Shown: positions 9,170-19,071 of the stretch, piece after piece
Numbering within the stretch: position 1 is the first letter of the stretch
Layout: each line of letters begins with the position of its first letter
NCBI GenBank assembly: GCA_050258935.1
Contig: JBLMZS010000014.1
Coordinates: 737-64,736 of the forward strand
Origin: Bacteroidota bacterium
Lineage (GTDB): Bacteria; Bacteroidota; Ignavibacteria; Ignavibacteriales; SURF-24
Length of the DNA: 64,000 nt
Reading direction: 5' to 3'
Position numbers and translations under genes: made by a program
The notes under the pieces: generated by a model
Told to the model about the DNA's origin: nothing
The model's input: only the letters and a program-made list of their open reading frames with translations
Databases searched by the model: none

Positions 9170-10336
9170 TTATTTGCGGAACTGATCAGCTTTTCCGAAT
9201 GCTTCCTGAGATTCCTTCTGCATGCCGAGAACAGCATAAACCTTGGCGAGTGTTTCCCAGATAGCAGGATCTTCTGATTTCAGTTCAGAAGCTTTCTGCA
9301 GGAAAGGAAGAGCCTGTGTGTATTTGTTCTTGTATTCAGGATTATCAACACCGGCTTCATCAGCCTTCACTCTCAGGTCAGTTCCCCATTTTACATAGGC
9401 AACTCCCAGGTTGAAGAAAGCATTGTGGTATTTAGGATCGATTTCAGTAGCCTTTGTGAGCTGGGCGACTGCTTCTTCGAATTTATTTGCCTGGAGTAAA
9501 AGAGTTCCGTAGTTGAATCTGTAGTACTGGTTGTTCGGATCTTTTTCAACGCCGGCTTTGAATGTTTCAATAGCAACATCAGCTTTGTTTCCTGCTATAT
9601 AAGCGTTTGACAGAAGCAACAGCACTTCCTGATCATCGGGATAATTTTTTCTGGCATCTTCAAGAAGAGCAATCGATTTATTGAACTCTTCAGTAGCTGC
9701 AAGACTGTCCTGTTTGTCTTTTGATTCGGCGTATTTAGCATTGAGTTTTGCACCCTTGTTTGAATAGATCTCGCCGAGCAGTTTATAGGCGTCGAGCGAT
9801 TTCTTCAGCTTGATAAGGTCTGTCAAAGGTTTTTCTGCTTCATCCGGACGGCCGGCCTGAAGAAGTGCAAATGCCAGATTCTTGTATGTATCGGCGCTGT
9901 CGGGTTCGATCATAACCGCATTGCGGAAAGATGAAATAGCTTTGTCAAAATTTGCGTTAATGCTGTCTTTGCTCTGAGCTTTTGCAGCTTTGTTGAAGAA
10001 GGCGACGCCTTTATTGAAGCTGCTGCCCCAGTATGATTTCTTTGCATCGGAAATTTCTTTTGCAAATCTCTTGCTTACGCCGAGTGATTTGTCAAAATTT
10101 TCGAGCATTTCTTTATATTCACCCTTTTCACCGTGCAGGTATCCAAGGAAATAGTAACCTTCGTCGCTTTTGGGGTTCTTCGAAATTTCTTTTTTGAGCG
10201 CTTCCATAGCCTTATCATAATTTTTCTGTTTGATATAAAGTCTTGCACTCGTCATTTCTGTAGAGGAACACTGGAAAGCAGTCAAACTTACAAATAAAAA
10301 TAGTGACAGCATGGAAAATACAGCTATCCGTTTCAT
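9170..10336 (-). CDS. Tetratricopeptide-repeat (TPR) protein with signal peptide
   Basis: 388 aa; N-terminal signal (FVSLTAFQCSS). Repeated 34-aa A/Y/L-patterned units such as YYFLGYLHGEKGEYKEMLENFDKSL and YKNLAFALLQAGRPDEA. Confidence 0.75.
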   Translation of the reverse strand: MKRIAVFSMLSLFLFVSLTAFQCSSTEMTSARLYIKQKNYDKAMEALKKEISKNPKSDEGYYFLGYLHGEKGEYKEMLENFDKSLGVSKRFAKEISDAKKSYWGSSFNKGVAFFNKAAKAQSKDSINANFDKAISSFRNAVMIEPDSADTYKNLAFALLQAGRPDEAEKPLTDLIKLKKSLDAYKLLGEIYSNKGAKLNAKYAESKDKQDSLAATEEFNKSIALLEDARKNYPDDQEVLLLLSNAYIAGNKADVAIETFKAGVEKDPNNQYYRFNYGTLLLQANKFEEAVAQLTKATEIDPKYHNAFFNLGVAYVKWGTDLRVKADEAGVDNPEYKNKYTQALPFLQKASELKSEDPAIWETLAKVYAVLGMQKESQEAFGKADQFRK

Positions 10337-10496
10337 TTCATCTCCTAAAACTTTAAATAAATTATTCGAAAAATTACCAATTTAGGTTACATAAGTCAAG
10401 TTTATTTTCAGTAAAGATTCCATACTCACAACTCGCTCAGAAATATTGCTTTTACAAGCGAAAAAGGATATTTTAAGAAATACAAAAGAGGTAAAT

Positions 10497-11585
10497 GTGG
10501 AAACAGAACAGATTATCAGAGCGGTGCCAAAAGTGCTGCTGCATGACCACCTCGACGGCGGTCTGAGACCCGAAACAGTAATTGAACTGGCCGACCAGGC
10601 CGGATACAAAAAACTTCCGACAAATGACCCCAAAGAACTGGCTCAGTGGTTCCACCGCGGCGCCAACAAGGGCAACCTGGTAGAATACCTGCAGGGTTTT
10701 GAATTTACCGGTGCAGTTATGCAGACCAAAGAGGCGCTCCAGCGTGTAGCCTATGAGATGATGGAGGATATGAAGAATGACGGAGTATGCTATGTCGAAA
10801 CCCGTTTTGCCCCTGTCTTTCACACACAGAACGGTCTGTACTACGACGATATAGTAAGCAGCGTACTGGAAGGACTCCAGAAAGGCAAGGAGGATTTCGG
10901 AGTTGGTTACGGACTCATACTGTGCGGTATGCGCAATATGACAAACAACCTTGAGATTGCAGAATTGGCTATTAACTTCAGGAACCAGGGCGTCGTAGGC
11001 TTCGACCTGGCAGGAGAAGAAGGCGGCTATCCCCCGAAAAAGCACCTCGAGGCATTCCAGTTTATTCAGCGCGCAAATCACAACATTACCATACATGCCG
11101 GCGAGGCATTCGGTAAGGAATCGATCTGGCAGGCACTTCAGTGGTGCAATGCTCACAGGATCGGTCATGCTACACGCCTGATGGAAGATATTGTTCTGGA
11201 TAACAACAAGAAAGTTGTGCGCCTGGGAGAACTGGCTCAGTACATACTCGATAAACGCATTCCGCTTGAGATATGCCTTCTGAGCAACGTCCATACGGGA
11301 GCCATCGATAAGCTCGAGAACCATCCGTTCGGATATCTGTTCCGCGAAAAATTCCGCGTCACTCTGAACACTGACGACAGGCTTATGAGCGATACCACCA
11401 TGACAAAAGAATTCATGACAGCGATAGAATGTTTCCAGATCAATTTTGACGATATTGAAAAGATTACTATCAATGCCATGAAAAGCGCGTTCATCCCATA
11501 CAAGGAAAGACTCGAATATATCTACAATATTATCAAGCCGGGCTACCAGACGATGCGCGAGAAACTGCTGTCACTGAAAGTCTGA
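10497..11585 (+). CDS. add: Adenosine deaminase
   Basis: Contains PKVLLHDHLDGGLRPETVIELA, HAGE and a C-terminal LNTDD block. The track start at 10446 is a TTG. The in-frame GTG at 10497 sits 5 nt after an AAAGAGG Shine-Dalgarno sequence, so it is preferred; the stop is certain. Confidence 0.9.
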   Translation: METEQIIRAVPKVLLHDHLDGGLRPETVIELADQAGYKKLPTNDPKELAQWFHRGANKGNLVEYLQGFEFTGAVMQTKEALQRVAYEMMEDMKNDGVCYVETRFAPVFHTQNGLYYDDIVSSVLEGLQKGKEDFGVGYGLILCGMRNMTNNLEIAELAINFRNQGVVGFDLAGEEGGYPPKKHLEAFQFIQRANHNITIHAGEAFGKESIWQALQWCNAHRIGHATRLMEDIVLDNNKKVVRLGELAQYILDKRIPLEICLLSNVHTGAIDKLENHPFGYLFREKFRVTLNTDDRLMSDTTMTKEFMTAIECFQINFDDIEKITINAMKSAFIPYKERLEYIYNIIKPGYQTMREKLLSLKV

Positions 11586-11586
11586 A

Positions 11587-11640
11587 GGAGTTCTGAGTTA
11601 TGAGTTCTGAGTTATGAGTTGACTATAACTTAGAACTTCC
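11587..11640. repeat. GAGTTNT heptad array with a partly complementary arm (hairpin) directly after the add stop
   Basis: ggagttct gagttat gagttct gagttat gagtt (11587-11620), then ataacttagaacttcc (11625-11640). Gives a 14-bp stem (11602-11615 with 11625-11638) including two G-U pairs in plus-strand RNA. Confidence 0.9.
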
Positions 11641-11711
11641 CACCTTTGCGGGATCCCGCCAAATGCGGGAGAAAACTGTTAACTGTAAACTGAGAAATAA
11701 TTAAGGGTGTT

Positions 11712-12047
11712 ATGAAAAAGTTATTCAAGAACTACACGTACGAATTCGATAAAAATGAAAAAAAATTACTGATCACTTTCTGCAAACAATCACTAAAACA
11801 GATGGAGGGCGACCAGCGCTTTTATGCGGGAGTCAGGTCTTTTTCTTCTATAGTTTCTAAACTCGAATCCGATTCGGAATCTGTTAAATTGACAAAGGAA
11901 GAACTCAGTCTCCTTACATATCAGCTGAAAGAAAATGTAAAATTCCTGAAGCAGAAAATGCAAAAAGGATGGTTCCTGAAAAAGTTCATGTACAAGACCA
12001 TGTACAAACAGTATCAGAATCTGCTGGATAACCATTTTAACGAATGA
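11712..12047 (+). CDS. Hypothetical protein (111 aa, Lys-rich, predicted helical)
   Basis: ORF with an ATG start, lying between add and hutU on the same strand; no recognisable motif. Confidence 0.45.
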   Translation: MKKLFKNYTYEFDKNEKKLLITFCKQSLKQMEGDQRFYAGVRSFSSIVSKLESDSESVKLTKEELSLLTYQLKENVKFLKQKMQKGWFLKKFMYKTMYKQYQNLLDNHFNE

Positions 12048-12081
12048 AATGAACAATTAAACACAAAGAGCAATTAAACCT

Positions 12082-13743
12082 ATGGAAATATCTATGGTTA
12101 ATTCTATCAAGGCTCCAACCGGCAGCTCACTCAGCTGCAAAGGTTGGGCCCAGGAAGCAGCACTACGAATGCTGATGAATAACCTGGATTCTGAAGTAGC
12201 CGAAGACCCTGAAAACCTGATAGTTTACGGGGGTAAAGGAAAAGCTGCCAGAAACTGGGAGTCATATCATAAAATCGTCTCAACACTTAAGTCGCTCAAT
12301 AACGACGAAACCCTCCTCATCCAGTCGGGCAAACCGGTTGCCGTTTTCAGAACACATACTGAAGCTCCGCGCGTAATAATTTCCAACTCCATGCTCGTCC
12401 CTAAATGGGCTAACTGGGATGAGTTCAGAAGACTCGAGGCTCTCGGGCTTACCATGTATGGACAGATGACGGCGGGCAGCTGGATTTATATAGGCACTCA
12501 GGGAATACTGCAGGGTACCTATGAAACATTCGCCGAGCTCGCCAGGAAACACTTCCGGAGCGGCCTGAAAGGAAAATTTGTACTGACTGCCGGACTCGGC
12601 GGAATGGGCGGAGCTCAGCCTCTGGCTGCCACAATGAACGGCGCCGCATTTCTGGGCATAGATGTAAATCCTTCCAGAATACAAAAACGTCTCGATACCG
12701 GTTATATCGATGTTATGACAGATAACCTGGATGAAGCCCTGAAACTCGTGCTGGATGCAAAGCACTCGGAAAAAGCACTCTCCGTGGGACTGGCTGGAAA
12801 CGCTGGTAGCGTACTGCCGGAAATACTGAAGCGCGGAATAATTCCCGACGTACTGACCGATCAGACTTCCGCACATGACACACTCAACGGCTATGTTCCG
12901 ATGGGTATGTCATTTGACGAAGCACTGGAACTCAGAACCAGCGACCCTCAGCAGTACATACGTCAGGCAAAAGCCACGATAGTCAGACACGTCGAGACAA
13001 TGCTTGAATTCAAAAAGCAGGGTGCTGTAACCTTTGACTATGGCAACAATATACGCGGAGAGGCCTTTGAAAACGGTGTCAAAAATGCTTTTGATATTCC
13101 CGGCTTCGTTCCGGAATATATCAGGCCGCTGTTCTGCGACGGAAAAGGGCCATTCAGATGGGCTGCACTCTCTGGCGACCCGGCTGATATATATACCACC
13201 GATCAGGCAGTTATGGATACTTTCCCCGATAATAAACCGCTGATCAACTGGATACAGCAGGCACAGAAAAAAGTCCACTTCCAGGGGCTCCCTTCGCGCA
13301 TCTGCTGGCTGGGATACGGCGAACGGGCAAAAATGGGGCTGGTATTTAATGAACTGGTAGCTTCCGGAAAAGTAAGTGCACCCATAGTGATAGGCCGCGA
13401 CCACCTCGATTGCGGTTCGGTTGCATCGCCCAACCGGGAGACAGAAAGAATGCTCGACGGAAGCGATGCAATAGCCGACTGGCCGGTGCTGAACCTGCTC
13501 ATGAACACTATTGGAGGCGCGAGCTGGGTTTCACTCCATCACGGTGGCGGTGTGGGTATTGGAAATTCACTGCACGCCGGTATGGTTATCGTCGCCGACG
13601 GAACCGGTGATGCAAAAAGAAAACTTGAACGGGTACTGAATTACGACCCTGCAATGGGTATCATAAGACACGCCGACGCCGGCTACAAACAGGCAGTCGA
13701 CAATGCACTGGATTTTGGAATAAACATGCCTATGATCCGGTAG
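12082..13743 (+). CDS. hutU: Urocanate hydratase (urocanase)
   Basis: 553 aa with [33 protein letters not shown] and [12 protein letters not shown] blocks, characteristic of urocanase. Confidence 0.92.
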   Translation: MEISMVNSIKAPTGSSLSCKGWAQEAALRMLMNNLDSEVAEDPENLIVYGGKGKAARNWESYHKIVSTLKSLNNDETLLIQSGKPVAVFRTHTEAPRVIISNSMLVPKWANWDEFRRLEALGLTMYGQMTAGSWIYIGTQGILQGTYETFAELARKHFRSGLKGKFVLTAGLGGMGGAQPLAATMNGAAFLGIDVNPSRIQKRLDTGYIDVMTDNLDEALKLVLDAKHSEKALSVGLAGNAGSVLPEILKRGIIPDVLTDQTSAHDTLNGYVPMGMSFDEALELRTSDPQQYIRQAKATIVRHVETMLEFKKQGAVTFDYGNNIRGEAFENGVKNAFDIPGFVPEYIRPLFCDGKGPFRWAALSGDPADIYTTDQAVMDTFPDNKPLINWIQQAQKKVHFQGLPSRICWLGYGERAKMGLVFNELVASGKVSAPIVIGRDHLDCGSVASPNRETERMLDGSDAIADWPVLNLLMNTIGGASWVSLHHGGGVGIGNSLHAGMVIVADGTGDAKRKLERVLNYDPAMGIIRHADAGYKQAVDNALDFGINMPMIR

Positions 13744-13785
13744 TACTGAACCTTTGTACATAACAATATTCAGAGGAGGTAAATA

Positions 13786-14970
13786 ATGAAAATCTTAATT
13801 GCTGATAAATTCCCGGAACAGTATCTGAAACAATTTTATGAACTGGGACTCGAAACTGTCTATTCACCCAAACTTACCGAAGATGAACTGCCGGAAGCCG
13901 TGCAGGATGCCGATATACTCGTAGTCCGTTCAACTATAGTAAGTGCTAAGACTATTAAATCTGCTTCGAACCTGAACCTGATAGTAAGAGCCGGTGCCGG
14001 CGTAAATAATATCGATATTCCGGCAGCAAATCAGAAAGGTATTTATGTCGCCAACTGCCCCGGGAAAAATTCCATTGCAGTGGCGGAACTGGCCATAGGA
14101 CTTATGATCAGTCTTGACAGGCGCATTGCAGGCAACGTCATAGATTTCAAGCGCGGCGTATGGAACAAGGCTGAATATTCAAAAGCAGAAGGTCTTTTCG
14201 GAAAAACACTCGCACTGATAGGAGTGGGCAATATCGGGAAAGAAGTTGCCAAACGCGCACTCGCGCTCGGAATGAACGTGTACGGCAAAGACATCTCGCG
14301 TATAGAAGGTGTTGGAATAAAGGACTTTTCCGAAATGGACCAGATACTGCCTATAGCCGATGTCATATCGATCCACCTGCCTCTTACAAGTGAAACCAGG
14401 AACCTGTTTGATGATAAAATATTTGGTTATGTAAAACCCAATGCCATACTCATCAATACTTCGCGGGCTGAAATCATAGACGAACAGGCATTGATTAACG
14501 CTGTTAAAACAAAGAACCTTAAAGTCGGACTCGATGTATTCAAAGACGAACCCGAAGGAAAGGACGGCAGTGTAAGCTCCAAGCTCCAGGAGCTGGACAA
14601 CGTCTATATAACTCACCACATAGGAGCATCAACCGAACAGGCACAGAACGCGGTTGCAGAAGAGACTATCCGAATTATCAAGGACTATCTGTGCAGCGGA
14701 GTAATCGCCCACTGGGTAAACCGCGCTCAAAGAACTCTCGCCAGTTATCAGCTGATAGTCAAACACTACGATAAGCCCGGTGTGCTCGCCGCAATATTCG
14801 ACATACTGAGGGAAGACAATATAAACATCGAAGAAGTTGAAAATGTGATATTTGAAGGCGGCATTGCTGCAAGCTGTACCATGAGAATCAGCAAGCCGGC
14901 AACTTCTGAAATGCTGAAGGTCATACGCGATAATCCGGAAGTGCTGAGCGTTTCACATCTGGCAATCTGA
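13786..14970 (+). CDS. D-3-phosphoglycerate dehydrogenase-like 2-hydroxyacid dehydrogenase with C-terminal ACT-like domain
   Basis: 394 aa; NAD site GKTLALIGVGNIGKEVAKRA and catalytic region NTSRAE...THHIGAST. Has an ACT-like tail and a strong SD (gaggagg) 42 nt after hutU. Confidence 0.75.
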   Translation: MKILIADKFPEQYLKQFYELGLETVYSPKLTEDELPEAVQDADILVVRSTIVSAKTIKSASNLNLIVRAGAGVNNIDIPAANQKGIYVANCPGKNSIAVAELAIGLMISLDRRIAGNVIDFKRGVWNKAEYSKAEGLFGKTLALIGVGNIGKEVAKRALALGMNVYGKDISRIEGVGIKDFSEMDQILPIADVISIHLPLTSETRNLFDDKIFGYVKPNAILINTSRAEIIDEQALINAVKTKNLKVGLDVFKDEPEGKDGSVSSKLQELDNVYITHHIGASTEQAQNAVAEETIRIIKDYLCSGVIAHWVNRAQRTLASYQLIVKHYDKPGVLAAIFDILREDNINIEEVENVIFEGGIAASCTMRISKPATSEMLKVIRDNPEVLSVSHLAI

Positions 14971-14976
14971 AACAGT

Positions 14977-15036
14977 CCTGAGTTATGAGTTCTGAGTTGT
15001 GAGTTAACTCAGAACTCTAAACTCAGAACTCAGAAC
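14977..15036. repeat. GAGTTNT heptad array plus complementary ANAACTC array (long imperfect hairpin) between convergent genes
   Basis: Left arm cctgagttatgagttctgagttgtgagtt (14977-15005) is immediately followed by right arm aactcagaactctaaactcagaactcagaac (15006-15036). Confidence 0.9.
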
Positions 15037-15794
15037 TAAACAAGCTTTATTTCTATCATTTCATCCATTGTACCGTTGTAGTACGGCAGACGCAGAAGCT
15101 CCATAAGTCCTTCCTGCTCTGACTCCGTGATTTCATAATATACGGAGTTAATGTTGTTCATGATGAACTCGTGTGTGTTCTCGCCCAGCTTGAACTGAGT
15201 AATGAAATCTTCGAGTTTTTCGTCTATAAGGTTATCGAGATTATCAGCCCGCCCATTGAGCTTCTCAACGTTGTCTTCGGTTTTTGAAGCCAGTATGAAA
15301 TTCACATATGGCTGTTCCAGCATATTGGATACTTCGTCTGAAAGACTGAACTGATTCTGCAGCATGTCATCACTTAGATTGATATCACCGGTCAGCAGAT
15401 AGTTCTTTTCGCTTATCCTGATCTGCCCGGTTTCCAGATGTGCTTCTATATCTATAGAATATCTCTCTTTAAACAATATCTTGCTCAGCAGTATTTCGTT
15501 TACCGTCACATCCCCTGCAAAATAAATATCCTTCAGGTTTTCTTTGTCGGGCTGAAAATACAGGTACGAGTTCGACAAGCTGCCATCGAAAGATAGTGCG
15601 ATCCTGCCTGAGACAAAAAAATGAGGATGCTTTATCAGGTCCAGAGACGGAATCAATCCCATATCAGCGCTGCCCTCTTCGATACTGCGGCTTATCGTTG
15701 ATGCTGGCACAAAAGAAACCTCACTGCGGAATTCTGCCGGAAGAGACTGTGCCAGTATTTTGGAAAAAATGTTGTTGGGAAATAATAGTTTCAT
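15036..15794 (-). CDS. MqnA/MqnD-like periplasmic-binding-fold protein (possible chorismate dehydratase of the futalosine pathway)
   Basis: 252 aa; the layout (ADMGLIPSLDL near the N-terminus, LLTGD mid-protein, SVYYEITESEQEGLMEL near the C-terminus) resembles MqnA (DUF178) proteins from memory. Confidence 0.4.
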   Translation of the reverse strand: MKLLFPNNIFSKILAQSLPAEFRSEVSFVPASTISRSIEEGSADMGLIPSLDLIKHPHFFVSGRIALSFDGSLSNSYLYFQPDKENLKDIYFAGDVTVNEILLSKILFKERYSIDIEAHLETGQIRISEKNYLLTGDINLSDDMLQNQFSLSDEVSNMLEQPYVNFILASKTEDNVEKLNGRADNLDNLIDEKLEDFITQFKLGENTHEFIMNNINSVYYEITESEQEGLMELLRLPYYNGTMDEMIEIKLV

Positions 15795-15918
15795 AGTATA
15801 TTTTTAGTTTATTCTATATGTTTATCTTAGAAAATCTGTGGTGTAAATATACACTTATTGCATATTAAAAAAGTAAATATTATTGCGAATATTTTAAAAC
15901 CAACAATCACAGGCGTCT

Positions 15919-17124
15919 ATGAAGCTGACTGCAAAGCCGTATGTACTTAGAAACAATATACAGTACTACAAGTGGGGCTGCACGGGTCCTGAAGCATATA
16001 TCCCCAGACTGCTGGAACTCGAAGAGGACCGGACAGAACCCCCTGGCACCTGTTACGCCGAATTGTGGATAGGAGCACACAGGAAATCCCCTTCTCTGGT
16101 ATATTTGGATGATGATAAGGTCCCGCTGGACATACTGACCGACGAATACCCGGCGGAGCTGCTTGGAGAAAGTGTCTTTAGAAAGTTCGGCAGCAATTTC
16201 CCGTTCCTGCTTAAGATACTTTCTGCCGCAGAACCCCTGTCAATACAGGTGCATCCTGATAAATCTCTCGCTGAACTTCTGCATAAAAAAGATCCTGAAA
16301 ATTATCCTGACAATAATCATAAACCCGAGATTGCAGTTGCACTCGATAGTCTGCAGGCTCTTTCGGGTTTCAGACCTGCAGCCGAGATAGAAAGTGTAAT
16401 GCGTGATTTTCCCGCGTTGTCGGGGTTATTGAACTTCAAAGGTTTCTGTCAAACCAGTATGAAAGACCTTCTAAATACCGCGATATCGGTCTTTGCCGGT
16501 GACCAGGCCGGAGCTGCTCTGATAACTGCTCAGATAGAGAAAATGATTACAGATAAACCAGCCGGGCAGAGAGACAGCAATGAAAAAGTGTTCCTGTCGG
16601 TTTGCAGAAAATATCCGGGTGATATTGGACTAATATTTGTTCTTCTTTTGAACGTAATAAATCTCAGTGCAGGAGAGGCGATATTCCTGGATGCCGGTGT
16701 ACCGCATGCCTATCTAAAGGGAAACATTGTCGAATGCATGGCAACATCAGATAATGTAATACGTGCCGGACTTACGCCAAAATTCAAAGATGCAGCAGCA
16801 CTTGTGGAAGCACTGAAATATGGATCAGGTTCCTGCATAATTGCGCCCTCAGGCGCTTCATTTGAATATCCTGCTCCGGCCGAAGAATTCTCTCTCACGA
16901 GGGTAATTATCGGCGAAGGACAGAGAGAGTTTCGTACAACTGATGGTTCAGTCGAGGTATTTGGAATTATCAGTGGCGAGGCAGAGCTGATCTGGGAAGA
17001 AAACGGGGCAGAAAAAAAAGAGGCACTGCGCAAAGGGAGATTTATACTTATTCCTGCAGTTCTGAATAGCTACAGCATCCATGCGCTGCGAGAAGTACTG
17101 ATGTTCAGGGTATCTGTGCAATAG
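15919..17124 (+). CDS. manA: Mannose-6-phosphate isomerase, class I
   Basis: 401 aa; contains YKWGC, AELWIGAH, LSIQVHPDK, HKPEIAVAL and IVECMATSDNVIRAGLTPK, which are class I PMI signature blocks. Confidence 0.88.
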   Translation: MKLTAKPYVLRNNIQYYKWGCTGPEAYIPRLLELEEDRTEPPGTCYAELWIGAHRKSPSLVYLDDDKVPLDILTDEYPAELLGESVFRKFGSNFPFLLKILSAAEPLSIQVHPDKSLAELLHKKDPENYPDNNHKPEIAVALDSLQALSGFRPAAEIESVMRDFPALSGLLNFKGFCQTSMKDLLNTAISVFAGDQAGAALITAQIEKMITDKPAGQRDSNEKVFLSVCRKYPGDIGLIFVLLLNVINLSAGEAIFLDAGVPHAYLKGNIVECMATSDNVIRAGLTPKFKDAAALVEALKYGSGSCIIAPSGASFEYPAPAEEFSLTRVIIGEGQREFRTTDGSVEVFGIISGEAELIWEENGAEKKEALRKGRFILIPAVLNSYSIHALREVLMFRVSVQ

Positions 17125-17162
17125 AAAAAAAAGCCGTCATATCCTGAGCAGGAAAGACGGCT
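17125..17162 (-). terminator. Hairpin plus U-tract after rplS (minus sense)
   Basis: In minus sense: agccgtc, a 17-nt loop, gacggct, then tttttttt (A-run 17125-17132 on the plus strand). Located between convergent manA and rplS. Confidence 0.5.
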
Positions 17163-17192
17163 GTTAACAAATCTCTCAGAAGAAAATAAAGG

Positions 17193-17540
17193 TCAGGATT
17201 TGACCTTGTTTTTAATTCTGGCAGCTTTACCTGAAAGACTTCTGAGGTAATAGAGTTTAGCTCTTCTTACATCACCCTGTTTGAGAACTTCGATCTTTGC
17301 GATCTTGGGTGAGTTAAAAGGAAATATTCTTTCAACGCCGACACCGCTCGAAATCTTGCGTACAGTAAAGCTTTTGCTGATACCACCGCCGCGAATGCTG
17401 ATCACGTCGCCTTCAAAAGGCTGAATTCTTTCCTTATCACCTTCGATAACCCTGACGTGAACACGGATATGATCCCCGGGATTAAACACAGGTATATCAG
17501 TTTTGATTTGATCTTCAACAAATTCTTTTAAGTTGTCCAT
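17193..17540 (-). CDS. rplS: 50S ribosomal protein L19
   Basis: 115 aa; [37 protein letters not shown] is a typical L19 sequence. Confidence 0.95.
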   Translation of the reverse strand: MDNLKEFVEDQIKTDIPVFNPGDHIRVHVRVIEGDKERIQPFEGDVISIRGGGISKSFTVRKISSGVGVERIFPFNSPKIAKIEVLKQGDVRRAKLYYLRSLSGKAARIKNKVKS

Positions 17541-17542
17541 AT

Positions 17543-18229
17543 CTACTCCGAACTATTTATTTTTTTCCATTTTTCTGTTAAAATCTTCGACTGGGCGTTT
17601 TTCCAATCCTCTATTTTTTTCTGGTTACCGGAAAGCAGAACCTCCGGCACCTTCAAACCTCTGTATTCGGCAGGCCTGGTATAGAACGGTGGTTCAACGA
17701 CATCTCCGTCCTGAAAGGAATCCTTCAGCGCCGATTCGCTGTCGCCCAATACTCCGGGTATGAGGCGTACAATAGCATCAACAATTAAGAGCGCGGGAAG
17801 TTCGCCGCCGCTCAGAACAAAATTGCCGATCGATACTTCATCCGTAGCGAACTGCTCGCGGACACGGTCATCGATGCCCTTATAATGGCCGGCAATAACT
17901 AGGATATTTCCAGCGATTGAAAACCTGTTGGCCATCGGCTGGTCGAATATCCTGCCTTTAGGGCAAGTAAATATAACATGCTGATAGTCTCTCTGAGACT
18001 TCAGGTGTTCAATGCATTCAAAAAACGGTGCGGGTTTGAGCAGCATCCCGGCTCCGCCGCCGAAAGGCTTATCGTCTATAACCTTATGTCTATCGTGCGT
18101 ATAATCCCGCAGGTTATGCACGTAAATTTCCACAATCCCTTTATCCTGCGCCCTTTTAATTATGCTGGTATTAAGCGGACTAAACAGCATATCAGGAACA
18201 GCAGAAATAATGTCAATCCTCATCGTCAT
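17543..18229 (-). CDS. trmD: tRNA (guanine37-N1)-methyltransferase
   Basis: 228 aa; contains [28 protein letters not shown] and [12 protein letters not shown]. Confidence 0.95.
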   Translation of the reverse strand: MTMRIDIISAVPDMLFSPLNTSIIKRAQDKGIVEIYVHNLRDYTHDRHKVIDDKPFGGGAGMLLKPAPFFECIEHLKSQRDYQHVIFTCPKGRIFDQPMANRFSIAGNILVIAGHYKGIDDRVREQFATDEVSIGNFVLSGGELPALLIVDAIVRLIPGVLGDSESALKDSFQDGDVVEPPFYTRPAEYRGLKVPEVLLSGNQKKIEDWKNAQSKILTEKWKKINSSE

Positions 18230-18731
18230 CGTAAATCGTATCTCCCGGCTTCAGCACCAGAATTTTCTTATCCGGATCAAAACTTTCGATGTAGTCTTTT
18301 ATTGCAGGAATAAGTACTTCCTTACCCTGTATATCAATAATGACGTAGACGTCGTTCGCCGGCAGATTCCAGACATCCTTCAGGATTCCAAACGGCTGAC
18401 CGTTCCTCAGAACCCGGCTGTCCAGTAAATCATGAATATAGTAAGTATTATCTAATAGCCCGGTGAGGTCTACTTTATCAGCATAGATATTCTTACCCAC
18501 AAGAATCTCCGCTTCTGCAGAAGTGTCAAAATTTCTGAACTTCACACAGAGCGTATTCCTGACGGTCCTGAAGGATTCCGGATAGAATTCCTTATATGAA
18601 CCGAAGATATCGATATAAACCTTTTGCAGCTCCTTAATTCTCAGAGGATCATCAGAAACGGAATGAACCGTAACGTATCCGTCGTCACCATTAAGTGCCT
18701 TAATTCCGGCTATTAAATAATACTCACTCAA
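18213..18731 (-). CDS. rimM: 16S rRNA processing protein RimM
   Basis: 172 aa in the conserved rpsP-KH-rimM-trmD-rplS order; overlaps trmD by 17 nt. Confidence 0.85.
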   Translation of the reverse strand: MSEYYLIAGIKALNGDDGYVTVHSVSDDPLRIKELQKVYIDIFGSYKEFYPESFRTVRNTLCVKFRNFDTSAEAEILVGKNIYADKVDLTGLLDNTYYIHDLLDSRVLRNGQPFGILKDVWNLPANDVYVIIDIQGKEVLIPAIKDYIESFDPDKKILVLKPGDTIYDDDED

Positions 18732-18755
18732 AATATATGCAGAACCGTAAAATTA

Positions 18756-18989
18756 TTAGTCCAAAATCTCCAGAATAGCTCTTCTACCTTCTTTTGCAGC
18801 AACTGCAGTCAGCAAAGTACGCATCGCCTGAGCAGTTTTACCCTGTTTCCCGATAACTTTACCGACGTCCTCCGGACTGACCTTGAGTGTCAGGACAGCT
18901 TTTTTCTCGTCAGTATCCTTTTCCTCGATGGTTACGCCATCAGGGTTGTCAACTAGATGCTTTGCGATAAATTCGATGAATTCTTTCAT
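18756..18989 (-). CDS. KH-domain RNA-binding protein (UPF0109/YlqC-like)
   Basis: 77 aa; VIGKQGKTAQAMRTLL is a KH GXXG motif. Conserved position between rpsP and rimM. Confidence 0.85.
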   Translation of the reverse strand: MKEFIEFIAKHLVDNPDGVTIEEKDTDEKKAVLTLKVSPEDVGKVIGKQGKTAQAMRTLLTAVAAKEGRRAILEILD

Positions 18990-19071
18990 TTTTGAACCCT
19001 CTTAATGTTTTAGAGCTGCGAGTACTTAACTGTATTATCCTGGATGGACCATAATTACACAGCCCGGAGGA

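Noticed and set aside
10473-11324. 283-aa minus-strand ORF antisense to add
   Set aside because: Shadow ORF inside a well-conserved adenosine deaminase gene; it has no motifs and no independent start context.
12280-13508. Several 100-200-aa minus-strand ORFs antisense to hutU
   Set aside because: Shadow ORFs; the hutU frame is unambiguous.
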